A stretch of DNA of 63,326 nucleotides, filler included, from Octopus bimaculoides (Eukaryota), in assembly GCF_001194135.2 (NCBI RefSeq). It is 8 parts of 8 records of this genome, joined end to end, with 100 filler letters (N's around TTAATTAATTAA, not from the genome) between each part and the next. Parts side by side here need not be neighbours in the genome. Positions count along the whole stretch, not along the records: positions 1 to 14,096 come from NC_068997.1; positions 14,197 to 15,388 come from NW_026340418.1; positions 15,489 to 42,770 come from NC_068999.1; 5 more parts are not named here. One strand, 5' to 3'. Each line of letters starts with the position of its first letter. The stretch's first letter is position 1. Positions 11,101 through 22,205 of the stretch are shown here, one piece after another. The position numbers were made by a program, and so were the translations under genes. The notes under the pieces were generated by a model. It worked only from the letters and a program-made list of their open reading frames with translations, was not told where the DNA came from and did no database searches.

Positions 11101-14063
11101 ATCGAACATCCCACAGATTAATATAGCATAATATTGCTTTCAAATTTTGGCACAAGGCCAGCTATTTCATGGAAGGGGCTAAGTCAATTCAATCAACGCC
11201 CAGTGCTCAACTTTTACTTATCAACCCTGCGAGAAAGAATGGCAAAGTTGACCCCAGCATTTTGCCTGGTGTGCTAACGATTTTGCCAGCTCATTACCCT
11301 TGATTAATATAACAATATTTTAACATAACAATATAAAATACCCATAGATTATAGCTATTCGGTATAATACTGAATGCCACTCCCATAATATCATATCTCT
11401 TGATATAGAACAAAAAAATTCTTCCTTGGGGCTGTCAGTCATTCTTTTGTCTAAATTCATTTTCCATGCTAGAGTAAGACTTGCATTCTCCTCCTCCTAT
11501 TAATCATTCAAGAAGCAAAACAAATTTTATCGATGAAGCAAACCAGACAAAGCATGGAAAGTTGACTTATTTGTAGTGTTTCAGGTGAAAGATCAGAAGC
11601 TCCTTCATACACACAAATAAATATCAGCACTATTTTCTAGCTGGAACCATTCCAACTTCTGCACAACATGCACAGCAGAACCAGAAGGAATTCAAGAAAG
11701 GCAATAATTTTAAGTAATATTAAGATAAATACTTATAAACACACATTTTTTTAATGTGCCATCACACAACATCCTTTATTAGCAGTTTACCATCAGGCAA
11801 CAATTTACTGTACCTCTGTCAATGCCTGTCCAAAGGTCTTCCCAATACCATCAGGTTCAAACTTACATCTAGCAATTATAATTCCATAGCAATCATACAC
11901 AATAAACTATTCTCCTTGATGGTAACTCAACCTATACTCATAATGAATATGAATAGCTAACAGAATTAATCAACTAGAAAATACCGGAAACTAATGAGAT
12001 TCAATATTTTCAAAAGAAGAATAGTGTGATTTTTCTGACTTTTAAACTCTAACTTTGAGATTGCTTATTTACAATCTTTACTTCTATACTACATTCCAAT
12101 CAGTTTGAGCTTTGACTATCCTAAAAAAAATTTTCTTGAATGTGCATATCTACCTACATCCACTTCTTTAAATAGCTAGCCACATATATATCTCAAACTC
12201 CTGCAACAACCGACAATACACACACACATACTTTAATAGTTAACCATCTATATAACTATAGTTACTTAACACAACTTCACTCAAAAGTTGATGTAGATCT
12301 ATTTCAAGAAGTGACCTTCTGCATTCCAATAGTAACATTTCCATATTCTGTCTCTCATATCCACACAGAACCTTCTCTTTGTCTCTACACCACCTGTTCC
12401 TATTTCACGATGGAAATATATTTACTTCTTTCACTTTTGTCCCTACAGCTTAAACTTACACTCCCCACAATTTAATCTATTAAGAGGAGAAGAGGAACAA
12501 ACAAAGCTGATCGCATATTCTTAATTCAATAGCTGACCATTTGGTTTATAAACAAAACAATGAATTCAACATGTCTCACCCTTTCAACTGTTAATTTCAT
12601 ATCATTCACATAAGATTTATTCAACCACATTATACATTGCAAAGCTTCGGCCTCAGTAGACATAGTTATAAAAGCATGACATCGAGTACCAGATTTCCGT
12701 GATCGTGTAATCATTTGGCAATCCGCCACCTAAGAGAGAATAAAGAATCAAAATTTTATGCATGAAAAATTCAGTATGTACTCAGCTTCACAGTCAACAC
12801 CAACAGTATCATCCCCAATAGTAGTAGTAGTAGGCATCCATCGGTCTCAAGAGGCTGTGGATCTGTGCCTAAAGAAATTGTGTCAGCAACTGATGGTAGT
12901 GCAGCGTCTGTTGTGGCTGTACAGACCCACACAGGAGTCGCAGTCATGCATACAGCAACTGCATTTGAAGGAGCTCTCTGCTGGTGCTGCTGATTTTTCA
13001 TTCCATTGAGTGCGTCTTTCATTGATGGCAAACACCTGTTTTTCATCCACTCTCTTCATTCCCTTTTGCAGTGTCGTCCAGATCAAGCAACTTCATATCT
13101 CTCTTACAGACATCTTTGAAATGAAGATGAGGTCCTCTTTGTGCTATTGTGCTGGTAACCAATTCCCCATACAGGTCTTTTGGGATCCTTTCGTCTGGCA
13201 TGTGATGAACTTGACCGAATCAGCTCAAACAACACTGTTGGAGCAAGATGTGTATATGCTGGGTATCTTGGCTCGGTTGAGGACTTTGGCGTTGGTGATG
13301 TGGTCAGTCCACTTGATGTCCAAGATGCCTCTTTAATTGCGAAGGTGAAAGACGTTGAGACACCGCTCCTGTCTAGTATAGAGGCTCCACGTCTCACTGC
13401 CATAAAGTAGTGTACTAAGGACGCACATCTTACAATTTGGGTGTTTGCAGCCAGATTTTTGTTTTCCCAGACTCTGCATGTCTAAGAAAGCTCTATGTAC
13501 AAGCTGAGATGTAGTGATTTGACAGGAAATTTCCAATTAATAAACTTACACATGGTTAGATTTGCTGAGAGACTTACAAGCCAGACACAGTTGAAGGCTT
13601 GACTGATGTCAAAGTACAACAATGTTAAAAGCAAAACCCCACTGGTAAGAGACATATGAATGTACACTTGAAATTCTGGCAAAGTGGATATGGAAACAAT
13701 TGTGAAGATCATAACAATCATTATTAATGAATGACATTTATTGAAGGATGAAAAACAGATTTCATTCAACATACCTTGCCATATTTGCTAAAAATTGCGA
13801 TTAGGAATTTATCAGAGATATTTGCAGAAAAACCACTGACCCACAAATTCCGATTGGCTTGGTTGTTTCCTATTAATATAAGAATGCATCAATAAAAAAC
13901 AAAAAGATGATGAGGAAATGCAACCCAGTAAGGTCAGGATTTCAAGTAATTCAAAGAAAAGCAAGAAGCTTAGAAAGTAAGAAAAGAGAATTTGAGAAAA
14001 AATGCAAAAGACAAAAAAAAAAAATTACCTTTTTTGGGAGCTTTGGGCTTAGAAACCAAAGAA
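4913..14063 (-). CDS. SAFB-like: Divergent SAFB/SLTM-family RNA-binding protein gene (partial, 5' end missing): join of exons 14029-14063, 13775-13869, 12580-12729, 10753-10939, 9018-9164, 7263-7463, 6302-6435 and <4913-5183
   Basis: Spliced translation gives the RRM RNLWVSGFSANISDKFLIAIFSKYGK|VADCQMITRSRKSGTRCHAFITMSTEAEALQCIMWLNKSYVNDMKLTVER. This matches the SAFB RRM pattern (NLWVSG...FSKYGKV...RC.gF.TMS). It is followed by a K/E/R/Q coiled-coil exon, a W-x-E-x-KR motif, R/E/D-rich exons and a G/M/N/R-rich tail. All visible junctions are GT-AG with matching phases. Confidence 0.88.
6056..6275 (+). mobile_element. SINE type A, 3' half (diverged)
   Basis: Similar to 2930-3118. Confidence 0.75.
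6302..6435 (-). CDS. SAFB-like: SAFB-like exon (MPNEFRRDMGPSGELDRRFMGPDRGRDIDRQIISSHNRLGRVRT)
   Basis: tttatttccag acceptor, gtaaat donor, 134 nt, phase 2-1. Confidence 0.9.
6571..6828 (-). mobile_element. tRNA-derived SINE type C (truncated by a gap)
   Basis: Nearly identical to 21503-21760. Confidence 0.85.
7263..7463 (-). CDS. SAFB-like: SAFB-like R/E/D/G-rich exon (FGQLEEPDYGRQIDHFERGEG...DDHLS)
   Basis: Long pyrimidine tract ending ctctcag, gtaatt donor, 201 nt, phase 2-2, open. Confidence 0.9.
7620..7830 (-). mobile_element. RTE-type LINE/SINE 3' tail family (related pieces at 1631-1700 and 1770-1880)
   Basis: Shared ttccatgct.gcatggg and ggttggcattaggaagggcat.cag motifs with (ATC)n tails. 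Confidence 0.55.
8300..8950 (-). mobile_element. Degraded RTE-like LINE ORF2 fragment
   Basis: Frameshifted remnants EVFKIARQ, ERLLNVEN and CSGITGRLTAKVVFVCGRC. Confidence 0.6.
9018..9164 (-). CDS. SAFB-like: SAFB-like exon (LQEMTHSVPRPPDRKNPRKGELWDEPKRRRMMNSRNLPRFEPPFQNES)
   Basis: tttaaaatag acceptor, gtaagt donor, 147 nt, phase 2-2, open. Confidence 0.88.
9477..9847 (+). mobile_element. SINE type A (full length)
   Basis: Highly similar to 2727-3118. Its tail is repeated at 10274-10393 and 10649-10697. Confidence 0.9.
10453..10638 (-). other. Second copy of the coiled-coil exon (a third partial copy is at 9903-9930); probable assembly duplication
   Basis: Near-identical sequence including the donor and downstream intron, bounded by N gaps. 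Confidence 0.7.
10753..10939 (-). CDS. SAFB-like: SAFB-like coiled-coil exon (KMKISNKLQEKRQK...EEAIRLDIMREQLR), with an internal 10-N gap
   Basis: ttttttcaaaag acceptor, gtttgt donor. The gap is filled by 11 nt in the adjacent copy, giving 188 nt and phase 0-2. Confidence 0.85.
12580..12729 (-). CDS. SAFB-like: SAFB-like exon, RRM C-terminal half (VADC...KLTVER)
   Basis: ttctctcttag acceptor, gtgaga donor, exactly 150 nt, phase 0-0. RNP1-like CHAFITM. Confidence 0.92.
12820..13530 (-). mobile_element. RTE-clade LINE 3' fragment in the intron splitting the RRM
   Basis: VLSTLLYGSETWSLYTRQERCLNVFHLR and KDVCKRDMK remnants, ending in a (CTA)n tail at about 12821-12836. Confidence 0.85.
13775..13869 (-). 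CDS. SAFB-like: SAFB-like exon, RRM N-terminal half (NNQANRNLWVSGFSANISDKFLIAIFSKYGK)
   Basis: attaatag acceptor, gtatgt donor, 95 nt (2+93). Carries the RNP2 motif LWVSG. Confidence 0.92.
14029..14063 (-). CDS. SAFB-like: SAFB-like exon (35 nt, SLVSKPKAPKK)
   Basis: ttacag acceptor and gtaatt donor. Ends in phase 1, and G+GA joins the next exon in frame. Confidence 0.65.
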
Positions 14064-14196
14064 CTGTAACAATAAAATAATCATTTAGAAATAGCANNNN
14101 NNNNNNNNNNNNNNNNNNNNNNNNNNNNNNNNNNNNNNNNTTAATTAATTAANNNNNNNNNNNNNNNNNNNNNNNNNNNNNNNNNNNNNNNNNNNN

Positions 14197-14237
<41 letters not shown>

Positions 14238-14627
14238 ACATATATCAAAGTGAGTGTGAAGAAGTGTCTCTCTCTTCAATAAAATAGAACAAAACGAAAT
14301 AGAGGACAATAAAGCATCCGGGGACAGATAGACGATACAAACGCTAAGAGGAAAAACAAATTTAGGACAGGAAAAAGCATAGGTCATTCGTGGCCTTCTT
14401 TCATCAGTCAAGTATCCAGATTGTCATTACAATTTCGGCCAGTTACAGTTGCATGCCTGCATTATGCGATTTCCCTCAATTATCGCACTCTCAGTAACAC
14501 TCACTTTGGACAGAAAGTGTTAAATGAGTAAAGGCGGGTGAGGCAGATTAAAATGAAATATGGGGACTCATTACATATTTAGCAATATATCGTCATTGAA
14601 GTAATATAAAAAAAATATTTAACTTAC

Positions 14628-14699
14628 AGTTTTGTTAATCTGGATAGACTTCGGAATGCGTTTACTTTGATTTCTTTGAGATTATTATCACCCAAATTC
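14628..14699 (-). CDS. Single leucine-rich-repeat exon (NLGDNNLKEIKVNAFRSLSRLTKL); parent gene unresolved
   Basis: atttttgacag acceptor, gtaagt donor, exactly 72 nt, phase 2-2. Fits the LxLxxNxLxxIxxxAFxxLxxLxxL typical-LRR consensus and exon size. Confidence 0.75.
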
Positions 14700-15289
14700 C
14701 TGTCAAAAATGATTAAGTGGAATAGAATTTGTAAGGAGCTGATTCTTGATGAAAAAAGGAACAAACAGAATTGAAGAGAAACGTGATGTGAAAGAAATTA
14801 GAGACGAGAGATTGGAAAAAGTTTAAAATTTGAAAAAAAGAAGATGAACTAAATGGAAGAGAAAAGGAGACCGAAAAAATCGTAGAAGGGTGGGTGGGGT
14901 TGGAGTAGAAGGAAACCAAAGAGAAGAAAGAGAAAAACAAGGGGACAGAAGAAGATACACATCAACAAGAAGTGAAAGATTAACAGGTCAGAGAGGAGCC
15001 GGAATGCGAAATGTAGAAGCCTATGATATTGTATGAAACCTAAAATAAACTAAAAATTTGAAGAATGAGTAGAAAATGAAGAATAAGATGACGATAATAA
15101 AGCAGAAGGAAAATATGTAGTAGAATTAACAGAAATGAAAGGAAAATGAAAGAGGGAAAGGGAAAAAAATAAAGAAAGAAAATATATATGAGCAGAAGAA
15201 AAGGTAGAAAAGATTGATAAGAAGGAAGACGAGGGTGAGAAGAAGGAGCAGAAGGAGGGGGAGGGAGAAGAAGAAGACTAGGTTATGGT

Positions 15290-15388
15290 CGACACCACCA
15301 GATATTTTAAGTATCTCTGCGGTGATCCCTGATGGGTCGGGGGCTTTCCCTGTCTTCATACTCTTAATTGTTTTATCTACCAAGGTAC
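15290..15388 (-). mobile_element. LINE reverse-transcriptase fragment
   Basis: MKTGKAPDPSGITAEILK resembles the KAPGPDGI.AE.LK pre-RT motif. Confidence 0.7.
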
Positions 15389-15619
15389 NNNNNNNNNNNN
15401 NNNNNNNNNNNNNNNNNNNNNNNNNNNNNNNNTTAATTAATTAANNNNNNNNNNNNNNNNNNNNNNNNNNNNNNNNNNNNNNNNNNNNATATATATATGT
15501 ACGCATATATACATATCCGGATGGATTCTTAGAATCTTCAGAACAAGGCACCAGGAAACTATCCTGATCCTTTGAAAGACATGTCTTCTTAGCACTTTAG
15601 ACTACTGCTCTGAACTGTG

Positions 15620-16150
15620 GTCACCTTATAGCATCGGACGAAGAGCGGAACTTGAGGCGGTTCAGCGTTGCAATGTAAAGAAGATTACGCCAATGGAACA
15701 GCTGAGCTACTCGGAGAGACTGAAAGAGCTCCGACTCTAAACTCTGGAGCGAAAACGGAAGAGGTATGCAGTGATATATGTGTGGATGATACTGGAAGGT
15801 CTGGCACCAAGCTTTTGAATTGATAATTATACCAGACTTCGAATTGGAAGACACTATACTGTTCCAAATGTCCCAGCTGTCCCATCTAATGTGTGGACCT
15901 TGTACTGCAACGGCATGATATTTAAGGTCCCACAGCTATTTAACTCCTTGTGAAAAGATCTGAAGGAACTCCTTGGAGTGGGTATAGATGTTTTCAAGAA
16001 ACAATTTGACTACTTGTGCAAGATCTCAGATGAACCAATATCCAGCCAGGAAACCCAAAAGAGGGCAGCAGTGTCAAACTCCCTCCTTCACCAAAAGCCA
16101 ATCACTTAGAATTGGCCAATTAAAAGGTGATTACACTGGCAGTGCCTCTG
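15620..16150 (+). mobile_element. CR1/L2-like LINE 3' fragment
   Basis: ELEAVQR...LSYSERLKELRL*TLERKRKRYAVIYVWMILEGLAP matches the C-terminal motif of CR1-like ORF2. Confidence 0.8.
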
Positions 16151-16260
16151 CAAGGCAACAGCCTTAGGGCTGAAACACATAACAGAATAACAGAATATAT
16201 GCATACGACATACGTAGATACAGACATGCATGCATATATACATACATGCATACATACATG

Positions 16261-17570
16261 AAAAATACTAACAAGCACACATAATTTCCACATAAACAGT
16301 GATGTAGACCACTTCTACCTAAACCGAAAAGAAGGAGGAAGAGGCTTGACATCGGCACATAATGCCTTCGTATGTCGTATCATATCTCTTCGGTAACATT
16401 TTTTAACCACCACGTGTCGAAGTGCATCATTTGACCAAGTTTTTATACACGAGGCTGATAACATCATAAGACTTGGAGGGACGCTCCTTGAGTAACACTC
16501 TTTGATAACCTAGAATACCTGCCCAAAGATGTCGCACGACTCTAACGCAACGTATCATCAGATGAAAGAACGAGCCTATATGAGAAGAAGACTATGCATG
16601 GATATGTTACTAGAAGGCTCCATGATGATAGTAATATCACTCATCAAAGCAGTTAATCATAGACCAATAGCCGGATTACCAGTTCCTAATCCAGGAACAG
16701 GAAATATCAACTAAGTACCTGATTCACAAAAGGAATAGAGATGCAGGTAAAGCCGTAAAATGAGACAACCGATGCTGACATTTGGAGTTCACACTGAAGA
16801 TATCACCCACATCATAAGCAGTTGTCCGAAAATGTCATCACAGTATTATCTACCGATGACACATGGCGTTGTAGCTACGACACTCTATAATGAAATCCGT
16901 CTGAAGGATAATCCCGAGGACAAAGAAAGAAGAATATTTGGTAGAAGCTATAGCCACTCATAATAAAAAGGAATACTGGTGGAATGTACCTGTGAACACT
17001 TCAATAAAATGTCAGTACAGCAGGCCTGATATGATGATTTGAGATAAAGAGAAACTGCACAGTTCTAGAAGTTAGCTGCCCATCGAATGTTAACATAAAG
17101 CTGAACTATTGAGAAATTTGCAGTTACTGTATCCAGATAAAAAGTTCATGTTTATACCTGTAATTATTGGGGCCCAGGGATATGTAACACAGTTACTAAA
17201 TACCAATCTTGAGAAATGAAGCTTCTCAAGATCAGAAAGGAGAAAGCTAATCCGAAGAACATAGATCGAATCCATCACTGGAACTGCAAAAATCTGTAAA
17301 ACTTTCCAGAAGCTTAACATTTAAGCATATATGAGCATGCCTAGATACGCAAGTATATGCATGGAATGTATATATAAAACAAAATATACATATTTGATCA
17401 AATACATACATACATACATACATACATACATACATACATGCACACACAGAAAGAAACAAAAATAGCCTGTTGCTGATGTTGAAATTCCAATGAACGTGCC
17501 TGGGATCTAGGTTAGAAACCAATTCTTTCTCTATTGGCAAGAAATCTTGAAATAAACTGAATAATGACGT
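16261..17570 (+). mobile_element. 5'-truncated R4/Dong-type (restriction-like endonuclease) non-LTR retrotransposon flanked by (TACA)n
   Basis: NFHINSDVDHFYLNRKEGGRGL, zinc-knuckle remnant EDITHIISSCPKMS, REL motif EYWWN...RPDMMI...LEVSCP, and ORF end ICKTF. The 3' UTR ends directly in (TACA)n. Confidence 0.85.
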
Positions 17571-18180
17571 ACATACATACATACATTCATACATACATAC
17601 ATACATACGTACATACATAAATACATACGTATATACATACATACGACTGTTTCATTTTTATCATCTTTTCTTGAGGTTCTTTAGGTCATTAGAAACAAGA
17701 AACTTCTGAAACACGTTCAACATTTTCTAGCGTTTCACACCTTCATCTTAAATGTATGTCGCATACTTTGTTATTCATTCTTTAATAAATCGGTAAATGT
17801 GAATCGTATAGATTTCTGTTCCACACTATCAGAAATATAACAATATAACCAAAAATTCACATGTCATTAGTCAGCCCTTATTTTTTTTTGTATCTACTTA
17901 TTGATCATGTGACTCTTACTTCCTTCAATGTTTCTCTCATTTTCTTTTTGTTTGACTTGTTTTTTTTTTCTTTTTTGGTTAGCAGTATGTATGCAGTATG
18001 TCGTGCAGTATGTATGTTTTGCTTGTTATTGTTGTCTCATCCACGTTTATTGAGTAACGTAGTGTGTTCAGTCAACTTGGAGATAAATATTTATTTTTAC
18101 AGTCAGACACACACACACACACACGCATACATATATGTGTATTTACATTTACATAGATATATATTTCTATCACTCTATGC

Positions 18181-18219
<39 letters not shown>

Positions 18220-18832
18220 ATAATAGATGTATATATGCGCATGTGTATGTGTATGTGTACGTGGGTGATTGTGTGTTTCCTACACTGTTCTGCAGTATGC
18301 GCCCTCTAGTGTGGAGATATCATACATTTCTAGCAATAATCATATGCATTCCAGTGAAAGAAAAAAATCACTCGTTTTCATTTGAAACTGTGTTTATCTC
18401 GGCCTAAAATCATACGAATAGAAATCTAACCTCTATTTCTAGCTGAACGAACGAGTCTATGGAGGAATATTTTGTTGGCTTATTCAATAATTTGTTTATT
18501 TCTAAAGTGGAAGTCGGTATTTGTACAATATACCCCAAATGAATATGCAGCCTGCAGTTATTCTAGAGTATCATCATGCTATGAGTTAACAAGAAACCTC
18601 AGCATAATCAAAACTGATTACATATTAGATCAAACTTGAGTTCACTGCCTTCGAGAATTTCAGTAATATTTGTTCATATTTTACTCTTTCGCTCTTCCTC
18701 GCATACTTTCTCCCTCTTCCTCGCTCTCCCTCTCCCTCAATCTCACTTTCTGTTTTCCTACATGTTCCATGTTATGTTCCTCGTTTGCTATTAATCATTA
18801 TTTGCCGAGCTACTAGTCTGAATATATTTATT

Positions 18833-18881
<49 letters not shown>

Positions 18882-19432
18882 NNNNNNNNNNNNNNNNNNN
18901 NNNNNNNNNNNNNNNNNNNNNNNNNNNNNNNNNNNNNNNNNNNNNNNNNNNNNNNNNNNNNNNNNNNNNNNNNNNNNNNNNNNNNNNNNNNNNNNNNNNN
19001 NNNNNNNNNNNNNNNNNNNNNNNNNNNNNNNNNNNNNNNNNNNNNNNNNNNNNNNNNNNNNNNNNNNNNNNNNNNNNNNNNNNNNNNNNNNNNNNNNNNN
19101 NNNNNNNNNNNNNNNNNNNNNNNNNNNNNNNNNNNNNNNNNNNNNNNNNNNNNNNNNNNNNNNNNNNNNNNNNNNNNNNNNNNNNNNNNNNNNNNNNNNN
19201 NNNNNNNNNNNNNNNNNNNNNNNNNNNNNNNNNNNNNNNNNNNNNNNNNNNNNNNNNNNNNNNNNNNNNNNNNNNNNNNNNNNNNNNNNNNNNNNNNNNN
19301 NNNNNNNNNNNNNNNNNNNNNNNNNATATATATATATATATATATATATAATACAGAATGGGACAAGAACACAAAACATCCGTATGCATATATATACATA
19401 GATACGTACATATATGTATGTATATATATACC

Positions 19433-19832
19433 TTTCTACTTGTTTGAGTCACTTTTGACTGTGACCATGCTGGGGCATCGCCTTAAATAGTTTTAGTCGA
19501 ACAATCGATCACAGGATTTATTCGATGTGAGCTTAGTACTTATTCTATTGTTCTCTTTTGCCGAACCACTGACTTACTGGTACGTAAACACAGCAACATC
19601 GGTTATCAAGCGATAGCGAGGGTGCAAACACAAACACACACACATAGATATATACATATGTGTATATACCTGGTGCTTGTTTCTGTTTCCGTCTACCAAA
19701 TCCACCTACAAGTCTTTGGTCGGCCCGAGGTTATATTAGATTACACTTGCCTGAGGTGACATACAGTGGGACTGAACCCGGACTCATGTGGTTGGGAAGC
19801 AAGCTTCTCACCGCACAGCGAGCCCTGCGCCT
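19433..19832 (-). mobile_element. SINE type A
   Basis: Reverse complement of head, core and tail. Confidence 0.85.
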
Positions 19833-21502
19833 GAATATACGTTACATGGAAAGCTTTAAGAGAGCGTTTAAATACTGGGTTCAAATTTTGGCAAACGGCT
19901 AGGATTTTCGGGAGAGGGATAATCTCAAACCATTTATTGAAATTATGATGTTTGTGAAGATATGTAGGATGGGGAAAAGAGTGAGTGCGTGTGCGCGTGT
20001 GCGAGTGTGAGCATGAGTGTGTAGTTTAGTTTACAAACAGTCTGAGTTAGAATACATTCTTTAATTTTTGTTTATGAAATTATAACATAGAAATGATATT
20101 TAAACAGAAATCCTTGTGCTTGTGACAGATCCTTTAAAATACAAATAACACGTAGTCTATTCTTAAGGCGTGATTCTTCTGTTTTTTAAAATCACTTTTG
20201 CATATAGATTTTACGCTAAAACCCAGTTTGTACAACGTGAATTAGCAATTATTTTACTTTGAAGCCAATTTTTAAGTTGTTATACTCGACACTAAACCTA
20301 AATAAAAGCTAGAGTAAATTTGTTTGACTTTTCCATTATTAATTTCCTCTTCGTTTTGATATCTTATGTATATATTTACATATATTGTATGAAACATTAA
20401 ATGCAATTAACTTTTGATAGTATCCTTTATGTAGCTTTTGTCTTAAATATATTAAATATTCCTTTCTCATCTAAGCCTCATTAAATTCTAATTTTGTTTG
20501 TATTATGGAATATCGTAATGTTGTGCATCATTGAAAACACCATTTTTTAAACCTTAAATTAGATTCTCTAATCCGCTTAATTAAAAAACGAGGAACCCGT
20601 ATATTTCATATTATTTTATCCTCTTAGGACGGGATATTCTGCATTCTACGAATAATAGGTTTTGTAAAAACTGGCATGATTTCAAACAATATATGGATGA
20701 TTTTTCAGTTAAAAATTAAATTATTAATTAAAATAGGAAATTTTATTTATTTTTCTAAAAACAATGTAATCTCAGCTCAGCAATAGCTCTGAATTAATTA
20801 ATATACAAATATTGATTAAAATATGAACCTTTAATTTTTTGAGGAAAACCTATCAAATATCGTCTTAACACTAGCTTGTATTTTGATGGATATTGAATGG
20901 TTTCTGTTACGAATGCAGCCTTAATTTCCAGATATAATTGGTCAGATTTCTAATCTTTTAAGCCCTTAGAGGAATACTCTAAACTGGATATGTTACACCT
21001 ACCTTCCAAAATCAAACACTAGTTAGCCATATTTGTTTTGGCAAAATATTAACAAAGCACATTTCCTCCCAAACAACATGCGTGTTACATAAACACATTT
21101 CTGTCAAATATTATTGATTTTCTATTTGTCTGTAACAGAAAATAAAAGTACAACTATAATCACTACTCTTTAAACTAAATATGAACATACAACTTATATG
21201 AGGTAAGCAGATATTTGTTCATAGTTGTTTCAAATAATCTATGGACAGTTGCTGTTACAATGCATATAATGCTAGTAGGAGCAACCATCATCAAGTTCCT
21301 TTAAGTCATGCAACCAGTGGTTAGAGTGAGACTGTATAGGCTTTGGCAGTCAGCTGTCATCATTGGTCTCCATTCTATGTCGTGCATATCAGTGTCACGG
21401 TCTTGTGACTTATCTATTCCTCCTTGAATTGCCTGTTTTCTTCTGTTTCACCCTACCTCAACGGAAGAATGGCTTTGGATAGGAAATATGTGTAGTACTT
21501 TG

Positions 21503-21884
21503 TTGTTGGCACTCCGTCACTTACGACGTCGAGGGTTCCAGTTGATCCAACCAACGGAACAGCCTGCTCATGAAATTAACGTGCAAGTGGCTGAGCACTC
21601 CGCAGACACGTGTACCCTTAACGTAGTTCTCGGGGATATTCAGCGTGTCACAGTGTGACAAGGCTGACCCTTTGAATTACAGGTACAACAGAAACAGGAA
21701 GTAAGAGTGAGAGAAAATTGTGGTGAAAGAGTACAGCAGGGTTCGCCACCATACCCTGTCGGAGCCTCGTGGAGCTTTAGGTGTTTTCGCTCAATAAACA
21801 CTCACAACGCCCGATCTGGGAATCGAAACCGTGATCCTATGACCGCGAGTCCGCTGCCCTAACCACTGGGCCATTGGACCTCCA
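21503..21884 (-). mobile_element. SINE type C (full length)
   Basis: tRNA-like head ggcccagtggttagggcagcgga...ggtttcgattccc on the minus strand, with a (CAA)-type tail. Confidence 0.9.
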
Positions 21885-22174
21885 CAGTACTTTACTAAGG
21901 CAATATTATTCATAACCATATAAACAATAAAGTTAACAGCAACTAGCATGCATTTTGTTGGCTTTGCATGAGTCTAATTCACTTCATTCTTTTCATATGT
22001 TGCAAGTGGATTTCGATCGTTCTTCTAATCAACATTCCTACTTCTGTCCGATGATAAAGGAGATGAAACTTAAGTATTTGATCTCACTGACCACCATTTG
22101 TGTAGCTATATATCCCACGAACTTGAATTCATAAAAACATAGATAGATAGATAGATATATAGATAGATAGATAG

Positions 22175-22205
<31 letters not shown>

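Noticed and set aside
14141-14152. TTAATTAATTAA palindrome recurring inside N runs (also 15433, 42815, 45713, 57655, 59736, 61502)
   Set aside because: Always embedded in Ns and contains stops in all six frames. It is an artificial scaffold-gap linker, not biology.
21503-21884. tRNA-like sequences and regularly recurring motifs suggesting tRNA genes or CRISPR arrays
   Set aside because: These are SINE heads lacking a full cloverleaf. The sequence is eukaryotic and has no repeat-spacer array.
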